Assembly: GCF_018350175.1 (NCBI RefSeq)
Contig: NC_058368.1
Span: forward strand, 121,646,001-121,710,000
DNA from: Felis catus
Taxonomy: Eukaryota
Direction of reading: 5' to 3'
Length of the DNA: 64,000 nucleotides
Part shown: positions 51,270 to 64,000 of the stretch, one piece after another
How the letters are laid out: the number at the start of each line of letters is the position of its first letter
Position numbering within the stretch: position 1 is the first letter of the stretch
Notes under the pieces: generated by a model
Told to the model about the DNA's origin: nothing
The model's database searches: none
The model's input: only the letters and a program-made list of their open reading frames with translations
Position numbers and translations under genes: made by a program

Positions 51270-52094
51270 AAGATGGTTAAATGACTTAAAAAGAGCTTAG
51301 AGCACTGCCTGATACATGGTAGCATAAAATATTTTTAAAAATTTTGTTTTTTAAAAAAAGCACTTGTGAGAGGAGATAGGTAATACCATGTATGTGATAC
51401 TTCCTATCTGTTTAAATGCCATGGGAAAAATAAACCAGGTGATGACCTAGAGGTTGAAGGATGGGATGGGGTTCAGTGTAGCGAAGGGTTTGTCCTTTAG
51501 TTAAAGAATATTCATGATCTCTTAAGCTGCTACCCCCCACCCCCTGTAAAAACTTTGTACTTGGAAGTAATTTCCAAAAGTTGCAAAAATGAAGTTAATA
51601 CACTTAGGGTTAATATTTTACCTCTCTGCCTTATTATTTGCACTTATGCATGTTCTCTTTTACCCTGAACCATTTGAGGGTAAGATATAGTTAAGTGTCT
51701 GTTTTCTAAGAATGGACATACTCTCCTCTCTAATGATAAATTATCAACTTCATAAATTTACACATATAACAGTACTTACTCTCCATATCCCAGCGTTGCC
51801 CATTACTTCACTATATCCTATTAGCAAGTCTTCTCTCTAGTACCGAATCCAGTCTAGAGTTAGTATTGTGTTGTCATCTCTTTAGCGTCATTTAAAATCT
51901 ACGACATTTCCACAGCCTTCTTTTGTCTTTTATGTGTAACTTTGACATTTGTGAAGAATACAGCCCTCATTCTCCCTTTGTAATGGAACATTCCTCATTT
52001 TGCATTTGTCTAATATTTCCTCATTATTAGATTCAGGTGCTCGGAATAGGTGATTGTGTATCCCTCTCAGTCACTTGGTGTCCATTTGTCCATT

Positions 52095-52302
52095 TACCTA
52101 TCTATTTATGAGAGAGAGACAGCGAGAGAGCGAGAGCGTGCTCGCATGAGCCCGGAGGGCAGAGGGAGAGGAAGAGAGAATCTGTAGGCTCCACATCCTG
52201 CGAGGAGGTGGACGTGGGGCTCCATCTCACTACCTTGAGATCATGACCTGAGCCAAAATCCAGAGTCCAAAGCTCAACTGACTGAGCCAGCCAGGTGCGC
52301 CC
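52095..52302 (-). mobile_element. CanSINE, intron 1
   Basis: Reverse SINE body; TSD CCATTTA. Confidence 0.88.
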
Positions 52303-52643
52303 CCATTTATTCTTTTTAGGTGATAATAATTTTGATCACTTGGTCAGGGTGTTGCCCAGTTTCCCTAATATGTAGTTGATGTTTCTTCATCCTGCCCTGC
52401 AACTGAACATAGCATGTGGGGAGACATTTTAAGACCATCAGATATCATCCTTATCCAGATTTCCTCCTGGATTTGGTGACCACTGATCATTCTTACTGAT
52501 GCACTTTTTACCACGATGGTTGTGAAATGATGACTTTCCAGCTCCACTTGATCTTAAGGGCCTCTTAAGTTTGATTTTAGAGATGAATAGCTATATTTTA
52601 TATGTTTGAGAAGGAAAAATTTATACATTGCTTTCCCACACAG

Positions 52644-52869
52644 GATGGCTCAACAGCAGGCCTTGAGGTTCCGAGGCCCGGCTCCCCCACCAAATGCAGT
52701 GATGCGAGGCCCACCACCTCTCATGCGACCTCCTCCCCCTTTTGGTATGATGCGAGGCCCTCCACCACCACCTCGGCCCCCCTTTGGACGTCCTCCTTTT
52801 GATCCCAATATGCCGCCAATGCCTCCTCCAGGAGGGATTCCTCCACCAATGGGCCCTCCACACCTCCAG
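52644..52869 (+). CDS. TCERG1: TCERG1 coding exon 2 (proline-rich, MAQQQALRFRGPAPPP...GPPHLQ)
   Basis: Acceptor ctttcccacacag|G, donor CAG|GTAAAG, 226 nt; peptide matches the TCERG1 Pro-rich region. Confidence 0.97.
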
Positions 52870-55113
52870 GTAAAGAATGTAGAAGTTGTCATTTGTTTGT
52901 CAATGTCAGTATTGATATTGTGTATGAGTTTTGCTTAAAAACTTGTTCTTAGTTTCATTTATAGGAAAATGGGAGCTAAAGAGAACATCCATATGTAAAT
53001 GTGTTGCTCCAAAAGCAGTAGTAACAACATAATTAGTATAGAAATTCTGAACGGGAATTTATTAGATGGTGAAAAACCATAGAAAAACATACATACAAAA
53101 CTAGGAATCAGTAGGGTAGTTCTTACCTGCCTTATATCTTGAGAATTGTCTCTAGTAATCTGTCTTTATGGGAAACGAAGTTTGAAATATTAATACGTAG
53201 AGTGGGGAGTAATATGTTTTCAGTGATAAATGTTGCCAGTAAGTATTTAAATATTATGAAGTATTTGTATTTCCGAGCAGTTCTCCCAGGAAAATGATGC
53301 CTAGGATAGAATTTAGATTTTGTCTCCCTGGGGGAAAAGTAGGGTTATCTTACAATTTTAGAAATAGAATTATTGTGGGATTTCCTTAAATAAAAACTTT
53401 TCTGGTATTTTAACCTGAAGCATAATATTCTACTCTAGTTTATGTAGACTCAGTTATCTGTCTGAAATGATGTCCTGAAGGTATCAAGTCTCAAATGTCT
53501 ACTTTTGAGAATGTATTCTTTTTGTTTGAGTATATATCTTTGTTTTCTTACTTTATCCAGTCTGCACACCCCTGAAACCAAATAAATACAGTGCTGTCAT
53601 CTGTCCTCCATTTGCTTGGATAATCAAGAATGAACTTACTAAAAATAGAAAAGGGTAATGATGTAGCATTTAAGCGATGTTAACTCAGTGTAGATAGGGT
53701 TATATTTATGGAAGAGACACAAAATTTTAATATTTTGCTTAATAATTGTATTGCCTTCCAAGTAATGAATAGTTCCTACCCCCCACCCTTAAACAAAATG
53801 TTATGAGGCTTTTATATTTCCTTGAAGATTAGAAGAAATCACTTTTTGACCTACTGACTGTGGTATAACTTGTTATAGGTGGATTTTTTCTTATTTGTGC
53901 TTTCAAGAGTTAAATCTACTTGTAGAATATTGTAAAATGTAATGGACTGATGTAACCCTCTAATGGAAATAAATCAGATGTTGTAATGCGATACTTTCTA
54001 ATGTTGTGAAGCTTTTCTTGTTCTCCATGGATAATTGTGTGGTTGTACTTTAAATCCAAATGATTTCCAGCTAACGGTGCATGAGACCTATTTGGGGTGG
54101 TTATTTCAGAGAACATGGGTCTGTGTGCTGATGCTGGAAAGACATGAAACTGAATCCAGAAAAACCTGGAGTATGGAAAAGAAGACATTTTTAGGAAAAG
54201 GAAATGCATTTTCACATTATTATAATGTCCATTGCATGACACAGAATAAGATGCTTTGAATAATTGAATTTTAATGTTACTCATAAATTATAGAGGAAAT
54301 CTTTTTAGTTCCTTTTCAGAATCTGTTTTTAAATGTCAGGCCACTTTTCTGCTAAGATATAGCAGTTTCAGTTAAATTGTTTGGTTGAGGGTCTTGTGTC
54401 AGCAGTCATTGAAGAATGACAGTGAAGGAATTATCAGAGATAGGATTGGATCAGTAATGGCTCCAGGATTTTTTTTAATTATAATGTTATGTCATTTAAA
54501 TTCTTATTTTCCACTAAAAGTAAAATGGGTAACTATTTGATTGTGTCTTTTAAAGTTACTGATGTTTATGTGTTTGAGCTACGTTATTAGTATTGCTTCA
54601 AAAAATAGAAAATGACGAATATTTTCCTAGCTTATAGTTGCTTCTTACGGGAAAAGAGAATAAAAGGGTTAGGTAGAGCCGATTTTTCTTTTCTTAGAAA
54701 ATTATTTATAAAATAATGTTTCTGTTATGGTTGGTTCCTGCGATAGGTGACCTATGGAGGCATTGGTGTGCCTAGTGTTAAACAAGATCTATGACTCATT
54801 TTTTTCCTTTTGAAAAGTAGCCAGTGCCCACTGTATGAAATATGCAGTTAAAGTGTAAAGAATAAAGCAAGATTCACCCGTAATGCTATTCACCCTGTTA
54901 GTATTTTCATATATTTCCTTCTAGTGTGTTTAGTAGTCATCTTTGTTAAAGAGTAACTTCTATAACCTTGGTGAATATATTTGCATGGACTAGTTTTTAC
55001 TACTAGAGTGAAACTAGTTTCAATTATAGTACTTGATGCTTGGGTAGAATTTACTAATTTGAAGGTAAAAAAGAGAAGTACAAATGACCATTATTATTGT
55101 TGTTAATTAACAG

Positions 55114-55266
55114 AGACCACCTTTTATGCCTCCACCCATGGGAACCATGCCTCCTCCTCCGGGTATGATGTTTCCACCAGGAATGCCTCCTGTGACTGCT
55201 CCTGGTACTCCAGCACTGCCTCCTACTGAGGAGATATGGGTTGAAAATAAAACTCCAGATGGGAAG
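55114..55266 (+). CDS. TCERG1: TCERG1 coding exon 3 (RPPFMPPP...EEIWVENKTPDGK; first half of WW1)
   Basis: Acceptor ttaacag|AGA, donor AAG|GTAAAT, 153 nt in frame; WW domain start. Confidence 0.97.
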
Positions 55267-55471
55267 GTAAATTATAAAGTATATTTAGGTTGTGATCTTG
55301 GTGACAGGAGTAAAAGTTAAGAGTTCTGGCAGGTGGAGATCAACGACAGTATCCTTGCCAATTAAAATGAGTCTCAGATAAGCACTGGATAGGGTAGAAC
55401 TCAAGAAAGGCTCACTGGATTAGACTTCTGCACAGACATAAGGTTGTCTGGAGTGCTTGTATATGTTCATC

Positions 55472-55885
55472 TGTGATTCTGAGTCCCCAAAGTAACTCTG
55501 AGGTTTAGTGTTTGCCAGGAGGACTTCTGGAACTCAGCATATAAGAGTACTCACAGCTAAGACTAATTACAGTGAAAGGATCCAAAGCAAAACCAGCAAA
55601 GGAAAAAAGGTACATGGGGCAAAGACTGGAGGAGACCAAGCACAAGCTTCTAAGAATCCTGTCAGTGGAATTACATAGGACATGTTTAATTCCTCCAGCA
55701 TGGAATGGTTACAACACGTGTGAAGTGTTGTCTACCAAGGAAGCTCACCTGAGCCAAGGTGGTTGTGGGTTTTCAGGGAATGATGGGAACCCTCTTAAAA
55801 TTCAGGTTTCCAAATGCCAGTCACACGCCAGCTTTGCAAGCAGGGCTTTCTGAAGAGAGCATTCTAAGGCCTGCTTTTAACTTTC
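55472..55885 (-). mobile_element. MER21-like ERVL LTR fragment in TCERG1 intron 3
   Basis: gaactcagcat...ctcacagctaagactaattacagtgaaaggatccaaagcaaaaccagcaaagg...catggggcaaag...cacaagcttc resembles MER21. Confidence 0.7.
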
Positions 55886-56169
55886 CGCATAAAATAGAAC
55901 CTCGATTTTCCTTTTTGTGTTAAAAATATAGTGTGCTCATTATAGAAAATTAGGGGAAGGGGGAGAAGGGGAAAATTACTTAGTTTCATACCTATTATTA
56001 CCTATGGTTTCAACAGCCAGTTTCTCTTCTCTAAGTTTTTTTTCCCTCTTCTCTAAGTTTTTTTTTGTTTGTTTTTTTAATACTTCTTAAGAGAAGGTAT
56101 AGTTGCGTTAGTGTTTTTTAATGATAGTTGACAGATTCTGGGATACCAATGATTTTGCTTCCTCTGCAG

Positions 56170-56611
56170 GTTTATTATTATAATGCTCGGACACGTGAAT
56201 CTGCATGGACCAAACCAGATGGAGTTAAGGTTATTCAGCAGTCAGAACTGACACCTATGCTTGCAGCCCAGGCTCAGGTTCAGGCCCAAGCCCAGGCGCA
56301 GGCCCAGGCGCAGGCCCAGGCTCAAGCGCAGGCTCAGGCGCAGGCACAAGCACAAGCTCAAGCGCAGGCGCAGGCCCAGGCCCAGGCCCAGGCTCAGGCC
56401 CAGGCCCAGGCCCAGGCCCAGGCACAAGCACAGGCTCAGGCGCAGGCGCAGGCACAGGTGCAGGCGCAAGTACAAGCACAAGCAGTAGGAGCTTCCACCC
56501 CTACAACCAGTAGCCCAGCACCTGCAGTGTCCACTTCAACATCATCATCCACCCCATCCTCTACCACTTCTACCACAACAACTGCCTCTTCGGTTTCGCA
56601 GACAGTATCAA
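56170..56611 (+). CDS. TCERG1: TCERG1 coding exon 4 (WW1 second half [16 protein letters not shown], Gln-Ala repeat, Ser/Thr-rich linker)
   Basis: Acceptor cttcctctgcag|GTT, donor A|GTGAGT, 442 nt; WW and QA repeat are diagnostic of TCERG1. Confidence 0.98.
56269..56484 (+). repeat. Coding quasi-tandem hexamer repeat (CAR GCN/GTN)x36 encoding (QA/QV)36
   Basis: 36 hexamers counted directly; QV at units 2, 32 and 34; purest core (CAGGCC)3 CAGGCT (CAGGCC)4 at 56371-56418. Confidence 0.97.
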
Positions 56612-57990
56612 GTGAGTACCAGCCAGCATGTGTTTTCATTTAGGGGTTAGAGAAATGGACAGGTAGGGACTGCATTGCAAAATGATCCTAGTGTTTCAGG
56701 TATTATCCTTCATGTTACTTAAAATACATTTTTGACATTAAGCCTTTTGGGTTAAAAAAGAACAGAAATTTCCATTAGTAGAAGAAATTATTTGTCCTGT
56801 TGGAATTCACAAAGCTAAACTAGGAAGTGCAGAGTAGCTATCCATCTTGACCAAGTAATAACGCTGGGTGCTGTGGGGTTTGTAACATAAGTAGAAGTCT
56901 TGGTTCCTGTCTCACAGGGCTTCCAGTTTTTCTAATTGAGGCAAGAATAATGCATGTGAAACAATTAGAGAGTAGTGTGCACAGCTATACAGTGAAAATA
57001 GAAGATGCAGGAATTCAAGAAAAGGGAGAGACAAGTAAGTGGGTGGACTGTGGGTATTGAGGTTGATCGTGAAGGATGTGCAGTAGGATTTGAGTGGATT
57101 TGAAAGTAAAGACCGGTCTTTCAGGTAAGGGGAACATCATAAACAAAGGTCAGGAGATGAGGATAAATGCAGTTTATTGGATTGTTAAGAAGCTCTTCTG
57201 AGGTGGGGAGGGGGAGTTATATTGGTTAACAGATTGAGTAAGAGTGAGACCAGGTTACAGAGAGTTTTAAGAACCAGGCAAATGGGTGAGGTGAGCAGGT
57301 TCCAGGGTCTAGCATAAGTGTTCTGGAAGATTTTTCTGGTGTTCTTTTTTTTGGGTGAGGGGTAGTATTGAAATAAGTAGCAACTTTTCAGTAATCTCAT
57401 TTAGAGGTAGGTAGGTTTTAGAATGGGATACGGGCAGATGAATGAGGAGTGGAGATAGAAGCAGTCAGAAGGGTAAGAGAATTTTCAGGTATAATGTCAC
57501 AGAGGCCTCAAGGTTAGACTTTTTCTAAAAAGATGAGAGGGATTAATAGATTTTAGGAATGGGGAGAGAAGATTTTATTAATTTGTTTGAAACAATTGTC
57601 ATTAATATGTATGCTATTAGCTTTGGGAGATTTTTGTTTATATGTTTTATATATTTTTATGTATCTTTTTAATTTATAGGCTGAGATTGAAGTCCAAAAT
57701 ATTTAAATAATGATTTTATTGATATGATTATTTGTTATGATACTGGTATGAAGATGCATAGTTATCCCTATAGGTGATTAGAAGTTGGATTATCTTGCTA
57801 CCTCGATAATAGATGAGAATAAGAAAAGTGCCCTAGCTTCAGGGACTTGGGAATTATTAGTGTATTTTATCCTGAAAGAAATTTGTAAATGAGAGAGATT
57901 CATAGTAGATTCAAATTTTATCGCATTTGATTGATAGAAAAAGTAACTGAGGAAGTAAGGTATACCTAATATGGAGACAATTAAAAAAAA

Positions 57991-58202
57991 TTTTTTTTTT
58001 TTTGATCTTTATTTATTCTTGAGAGAGAGACAGGATGTGAGCAGGAGAGGAGCATAAAGAGAGGGAGACACAGAATCTGAAGCAGGCTCCAGGCTCTGAG
58101 CTGTCAGCACAGAGCCTGACACGGGGTTCGAACTCACAAACCGCGAGATCATGACCTGAGCCGAAGTTGGATGCTCAACCGACTGAGCCACCCAGGCGCC
58201 CC
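57991..58202 (-). mobile_element. CanSINE (SINEC_Fc-like), intron 4
   Basis: Reverse SINE body; TSD TGGAGACA. Confidence 0.93.
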
Positions 58203-61200
58203 TGGAGACAGTTTTTTAATGGCTGCACTTGATATTTTTTTAACAGCTTGGGGGAAAATGCACTTAGTAGGGAGATTAAATAATGCTTTATAAAAGTCTT
58301 TTCTTTCTTAGCTAAGGTGAATTCTGATAGAGAAGCGTAACGGTGACCATAGCCAGCTGACTGAGGGGCTTTGCCATTTTAGAGGCTAGTGCTTCTAAAA
58401 ACCTGTGTGGTAAGGCAGGAAACTGCCAGTTTTTATGGAGTACCTGTTGTGGTAATGGCAGAAAGGGATTAATAAAAGCGTTGCAGTTCTATGTGGAGGC
58501 TCTGTGTTGTTTATGCTTTGTTCCCTTTCTTCTTAGGAAGGAGAAATAGTAGTACTTTGTTTTAAGGAAGGTTGGAGGTGAAATAATTTAACTGTCCTAT
58601 ATTCCATTTCTGTGTTGGAATGGTCTGTCCTTATAGGCCCATAGCTGTCTTGCTGTTATGAGCTGTTCTATTCAGAACTCCTTTTTGTCCTTTTTTGCAC
58701 TGCGCTTCAGTGATTGGGAGGCCTTTATTCTAAGAACAGAATAGCAAAAGGGTGTTCTTTTTACTGCCTTTAAACATTAATTTTGATGTTCTTTCTGAGT
58801 ATTCCTGACGTCTGTTTTTATTTCACTTGGTTCAGTATCCTGAAGTGTTGTCCTACTACAATCTTAGTATTTCTCCATCTGTTGCACTCGCTTGTCTTTT
58901 TTCATTAAGATCTGAGGCTGGATAAGTAGTATATTTTGAGGCCTAGCATTTTACTAGTTATTTTAGCAAAAGGAGTTGGTAGGAATTTTTCTGAGCATTA
59001 AGTCCTAGCTACCATTCTCACTAGTTTCCCATTGAATTCTTTCATTGCCTTTATCTCTGTCCTTTCATGACTCATGGCCACTAATCAAATTTAGAAAATC
59101 CTGTGTCAGCAGGAGGAATGGGTTGAGTGAATAAATTTTTGCCATCTCCATTGGTGTTCTTTTCTGCTTGAAATTTGATGCTTTTGTAACTCCTGTTCTT
59201 TCCTGACTACAGTATTTTTTTATCTTACCTCTGGTAAGATTACCTCTAGTAATTATATCTAAATATTATTACCATAACATAAAAAAAAAATGTAACTGTA
59301 CGAACTGCAGTATAGACCTGTGGGTAAATGAAAATAAAAATTAAGAAATTTATATTTTAGCCCCAGTTGAGCATAAACTCATTTTATCCGGTGCAAGTTT
59401 GTGAAAAATGCTGATGAAATCCTGCTTCTCAGGGAAGTTGGGAAGAATAACTAGATATATTTTCAGCCATTACAGTAGATTACAAATGCTAAGTGGTATA
59501 TTTATGGGACTGGGCAAATGTTGCATGTAATTTGTATTTTTCACACTGTTATAAAATTATATTAATATGATACTGTACCCTAAGGCTAGGTCTATGCTAG
59601 ACCAACAATTCATTCCTGGGCCCCTGAAGATACTTGTTTGGCCCTGCTGTCTATTTAGCCAAGGTGAGTCCCTCATTAACAAGTATGAAATTGCTCACAT
59701 CTTCCCAGCCTAAGTGAGTTTTTCATTATTAGGAGCTGAAAAAAGATACAAATTTTGTCAGTTGGAGTATTGGGTGGCTTGTATTAAACAGTGCGCTTTC
59801 CCTTAGGATAAAATTGGCATACAGATTGGGAATGCACTGTTTGATTTGATTTGATTTGATAAATTCATTCTTAGTCCAGTACAGGTAGTTTGAAATTTTT
59901 CTCTACATCAAAAACAAAACAAAACAAAACAAAAACCCATGAAATATTTGTTACCAATGAATTACCAAAAATGAGTTTTGTGTTAGAACTAAATGGGTTA
60001 TAAAATTAAAAAACTGTTTTGTAATATTTGAGTACTATAACTTCTGAAGTATAAAATACATATTTTTTGGTCACAGTTTGATTTTAAATGTGATAACTAA
60101 AGATGAAATGTTTTATTTTTGATATTTAAAAAGAACATATTGGAAATAAATTATCCCAAATTTCACATTCTCCTGGTCTCTCACACTGGAAACCTGAGTT
60201 GTTATTATTATTATTATTATTATTTTTTTTTTTTACCTTCTTATTTTGAAATAACTGTAGAGAAACCCAACTTGTTTTTTACTCCATTTGTTCATAGTCA
60301 GTCATTAGTCACTGCATATCTTTTTCTCTCTGTTCTTCCTTGTTTGGACAATTCCAGATAGGTTGAAATTGATTTTCCCACCTCTGTTCTTGCTTTCCTT
60401 CCTGTTCATCTGCCAGGTTAATTCATCAAATGAACACTGATTAATTCTCTTCCATACAGAAACCTTCATTTTGCCTCCCCTGCACCCCTTTTACATTCAT
60501 GAAGTCGCACAAATAACACATGAATGCATTCTTATAAAAAAATTAAACTCTAATGAAGGATATGTAGCAAAATGTGAAAGGCATGCACAGATGTAATGAG
60601 TACATATATGTTGGTGTGCATTCTTCTAGGTCGTTTCTCTACATTTACATAATTTCTTCCTTTCCCTACCCAGTAAAGTGCAGACTCCTTAGCCTTCTGT
60701 CAAAGCCTTCTCCTTTATGCCTCTGGTCTGCTTTCCAGCCATAACTCACTGGTTCTTTTGGTATGCCTGTTGTTTTACTAGTTGACTGCTTGCCTTGTAT
60801 TTTTCAAACAATTCCCTTTTGCTACCTCCTCTTGGTTTTTTACTCACTTTTCCCACCACTTACTTATTTTCTCCTTCCACTCTGTCATTGTCCTTGTTGA
60901 AATCCTAATCTCTCAAGGCCTATCATCACACTATATAATTTTTTCTGTACCCTCTCACAGTTAGAAATGGTCTTTGCGTCTTGATTTGTACTACTATACA
61001 TTTATCGCATTTCACTTTATATTTTAGTTAATTTTTATATTTCATTTAACTATCTTCAAGCTTCTTGAAGACAGAGACCTTTTTACAAATTTCTTGCAGT
61101 GCATGGAATGGGCTCTTAAATACTTAACTGAATGAGTGAATGATGAATGAATATAGTGAAATGGTTTATGAAGGAATGATACATATTTTTGTTTTATCTT

Positions 61201-61207
61201 TTATCAG

Positions 61208-61450
61208 CACCCACAACACAAGATCAGACCCCAAGTTCTGCTGTTTCAGTTGCCACGCCTACAGTTAGTGTTTCAACTCCTGCTCCTACAGCCACACCTG
61301 TGCAAACTGTTCCCCAGCCGCACCCCCAGACGTTACCTCCTGCTGTTCCTCACTCAGTACCTCAGCCAGCAGCAGCAATACCTGCTTTTCCACCAGTCAT
61401 GGTACCTCCGTTTCGTGTTCCCCTTCCTGGCATGCCAATTCCGCTTCCAG
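61208..61450 (+). CDS. TCERG1: TCERG1 coding exon 5 (TPTTQDQTPSS...PGMPIPLP-G); gene continues beyond window
   Basis: Acceptor ttttatcag|CA, donor CAG|GTAAAT, 243 nt, phase 1-1 consistent with exon 4. Confidence 0.96.
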
Positions 61451-63381
61451 GTAAATCAATGGATGAGAATAGTCCTTCTAGCTATGTTTTCATATTGTCA
61501 GTTAGTTTGTTCTCATGTGTCTGTTGCATTTGAAATTTGCCTTGAATCTCACCTGTTTGAAATGTTTTTAAAAGATTCATGGCTAACGGCAATATTTTCT
61601 CTTCAGTTTTGGTAAATGTCCTTTTTTTGTTGTTGTTTACATGTCTTAAAATTAGAGCCACATTTGAAGCTACACTCATTTTTGGATAATGGCCTCAATG
61701 AATTAAAAATGATCATCTTTTCCTGTAACTATGTTCAAATGCAATTTTTTTAAAGGATTGAGTCTGTAAAGTTGAGAAATTACAAGTTATTAATAGCTGA
61801 TACTAAGTGATTTTCTATATTGTGCCCTGTTCTAAGCACTTTACATGTGATAACTCAGTTTAATTTTTGCAATTATCCTAGGAGGTAGGTACATAGACAG
61901 GCTAAATTACTTGCCGTTGACGCATAGCTAATGAGTGATGGTGTTGGGATTTGAGCTGGGTGCTCCAGACCCAAATACCATGCTCTTAATAACTGTTTTA
62001 CTGGGAGGAAAGTGTTAGTCACCTAACTATAAGAAATTGATCTAAAGCAAAGCCAGAACTTAACCCTTGTAACAGTTGTGAAGGGAAGTATAACCTGCAC
62101 CGTGTAAACATTTAAGCAATTCTAGTGAGATTGTGGAGTAGAATTTTCCCTGTAGGGATTAAACAGTGACAGTGTTGGGCATCCTAATTTGAATGCATTT
62201 GTTGTTGACAAACACGTTTATCCCTTAATCCATGTCTGTTCTTCTAGTATTACAACTGGAAGCTTTTGACATAGAGACCTCGTGTTCACAGTTTTTGCTG
62301 TGAAGTTGTGGCAAAGATGAATAGAATGTAGGCCTCTTGTCTCCCATTTTCACATTCCTCCCACTATTATTGCCACTTTATTGTACTAGTTTTTATGTAA
62401 GAAGAGGGTTGTACTACATCCGTTTCTTAGATTTGCACATATTTTAATTATAACCGCTTTTCTAATTGTCTTCTTCCTTGTGCCTGCTTGGAAAAGAGGC
62501 AGTCACTTAGATTTTATACCTTAGCAAGAAAGAAAAACCAAAATTCTAAGAATTAGTGGTGTTTTTTTTTCCCTATAGGAAAACCTTTTGCACATTGTTA
62601 ATGTAGTGTCAGATAATGCTCAATATGTGATGTTTTAAGAAACTCATATCACTTGAAAGAAAGTAAGAGGGAAACCAAAAAGTTTCCTCATACTAGGGAT
62701 TACCCTTTTTCTAAATTAAATTTAAGACAAGCTTTTGGGTACCCTTTGGATATACTTTTTGTAGAAAACTAAGTGATACATGGAGAATAGCTTGACATTG
62801 GTCATAGCTTCTCACAGTCTTGGTCAGGGATAGTATTCAGACCAGATACTGGATTCTGAATGATCTCAAGGAGCATGGGGTTGTTAATTCTGTAGAGAGG
62901 AGATTGAGAGGTAGCATAGTAATGTTGCTGAAGAAATTGAGAGGCTTACTAAAAGGACTTTGTTTTGCTTTGAAGTTTCTCAACAGGACCAGTGGGTGAA
63001 AGGTCAGAGTAGCAAAAATTCATTTCTATAGAATGTTGAATTTTGTTACAATAAAATCCCTTCACTTATATCTCTGTTTTGATGTCATGGTCTTCTCTGA
63101 CCCTTACCCCCACTTTAAAGTTTAGAACAGATGGTGGTGACCATTTGAGCACATGAGGTGGTACCTATGAAGTTTGGCAGTAACAGGCATTTAGTTAATG
63201 GCAGCCACTAATGTCATTTTGTAGGTCATTTGGAAGAGACCTTGAGTTAGATAATCTGTAAAATTTTGTCCAGGTTGCCAAAGATTCTTTAAAGAGAGTT
63301 AATGTCTTTTAGAAAGTAATCATAATATTTGTTTATATAGTAAGTCATCTTTGATACTAATGTTCATTTTCTCATTCTCCC

Positions 63382-63505
63382 TTTTTTTTTTTTTTTAAAG
63401 ATTTTATTTTTATTTTTAAGTAATCTCTACACCCAATGTGAGGTTTGAACTCACACCCCAAGATCAAGAGTCGTACGCTGTACTGACAGAGCCAGCCAGG
63501 TGCCT
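63382..63505 (-). mobile_element. Short older CanSINE, intron 5
   Basis: T tail, TAAGTAATCTCTACACCCAATGTG...AGCCAGCCAGGTGCC. Confidence 0.85.
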
Positions 63506-64000
63506 CTCCTATTCCTTTTAATTCGGTTCTCCAAGGTGCTTTAGTGAAAAAGAAAGAAAGGGAATACTTGTTTTTTTTTCCTTCCCAAATCTTTCATATA
63601 TGATGGGATTGATCTCTTTTTCTATCATTTTTTTTCTTTTTATCAATTTGGCAGTAAGGTGACAGGAAAGATTTAGATATAATTTATCTTGGAGTTTTAA
63701 GTTCTATCTGTAATAGCAATGTATGGCTCTACTGAGAATGATTAAGGAAGGGATCGTCAAACAAGATAAAGGAAAGGAGTGGAAGAATTGTAGGTGAAGT
63801 ACAGGAATAAGATTTGGAATTGGGGATAGTAAATTGGATTAGAATTCTAGCACGTCTTCTAAGACTATAAAATCTTAATTTGGAATTTAAGAAACTTACT
63901 GTCAGTGACATCAGAACTATTCAAAATGCTAAATGGAATATTCTAATTTCCTAGTAGAACACAGTTTGAGGATAAAGTTACAGGAAAATTGAACAGATGT

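Noticed and set aside
52621..52892. Antisense Gly/Arg-rich ORFs over exon 2
   Set aside because: Mirror of proline codons on the sense strand
56023..56066. Short direct duplications (CTCTTCTCTAAGTTTTTTT x2; also near 368, 8728 and 33619)
   Set aside because: Ordinary local slippage duplications with no sign of function; no CRISPR-like array anywhere in the window
61451..64000. TCERG1 exon 6 or later exons
   Set aside because: No matching peptide or convincing exon found; they lie beyond the window

Overview
Mammalian genomic DNA, almost certainly from a felid, judging by the dense tRNA-derived CanSINE/SINEC_Fc copies and carnivore L1 3' ends. The right third holds the CpG-island promoter and coding exons 1-5 of TCERG1 (CA150) on the + strand, including the proline-rich N-terminus, WW1 and a 36-unit Gln-Ala hexamer repeat; the gene continues beyond the window. 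The left ~45 kb is repeat-rich upstream DNA, which by human synteny (recalled, not visible here) lies towards POU4F3. Main observations: (1) a candidate decayed multi-exon gene at ~2.4-6.6 kb, with splice signals, transposon fragments confined to the predicted introns and CxC-type zinc-finger remnants; I could not name its family; (2) a near full-length hAT-Tip100 (Zaphod-like) DNA transposon fossil with TIRs, an 8-bp TSD and transposase motifs; (3) a U6 snRNA/L1 chimeric retrocopy; (4) an overlapping uORF and a helically phased, orientation-split CCAAT array at the TCERG1 promoter; (5) divergent CTCF sites; (6) inverted SINEs flanking TCERG1 exons 2-4. Repeat family names come from memory of consensus sequences, repeat boundaries are approximate, and no database searches were run.
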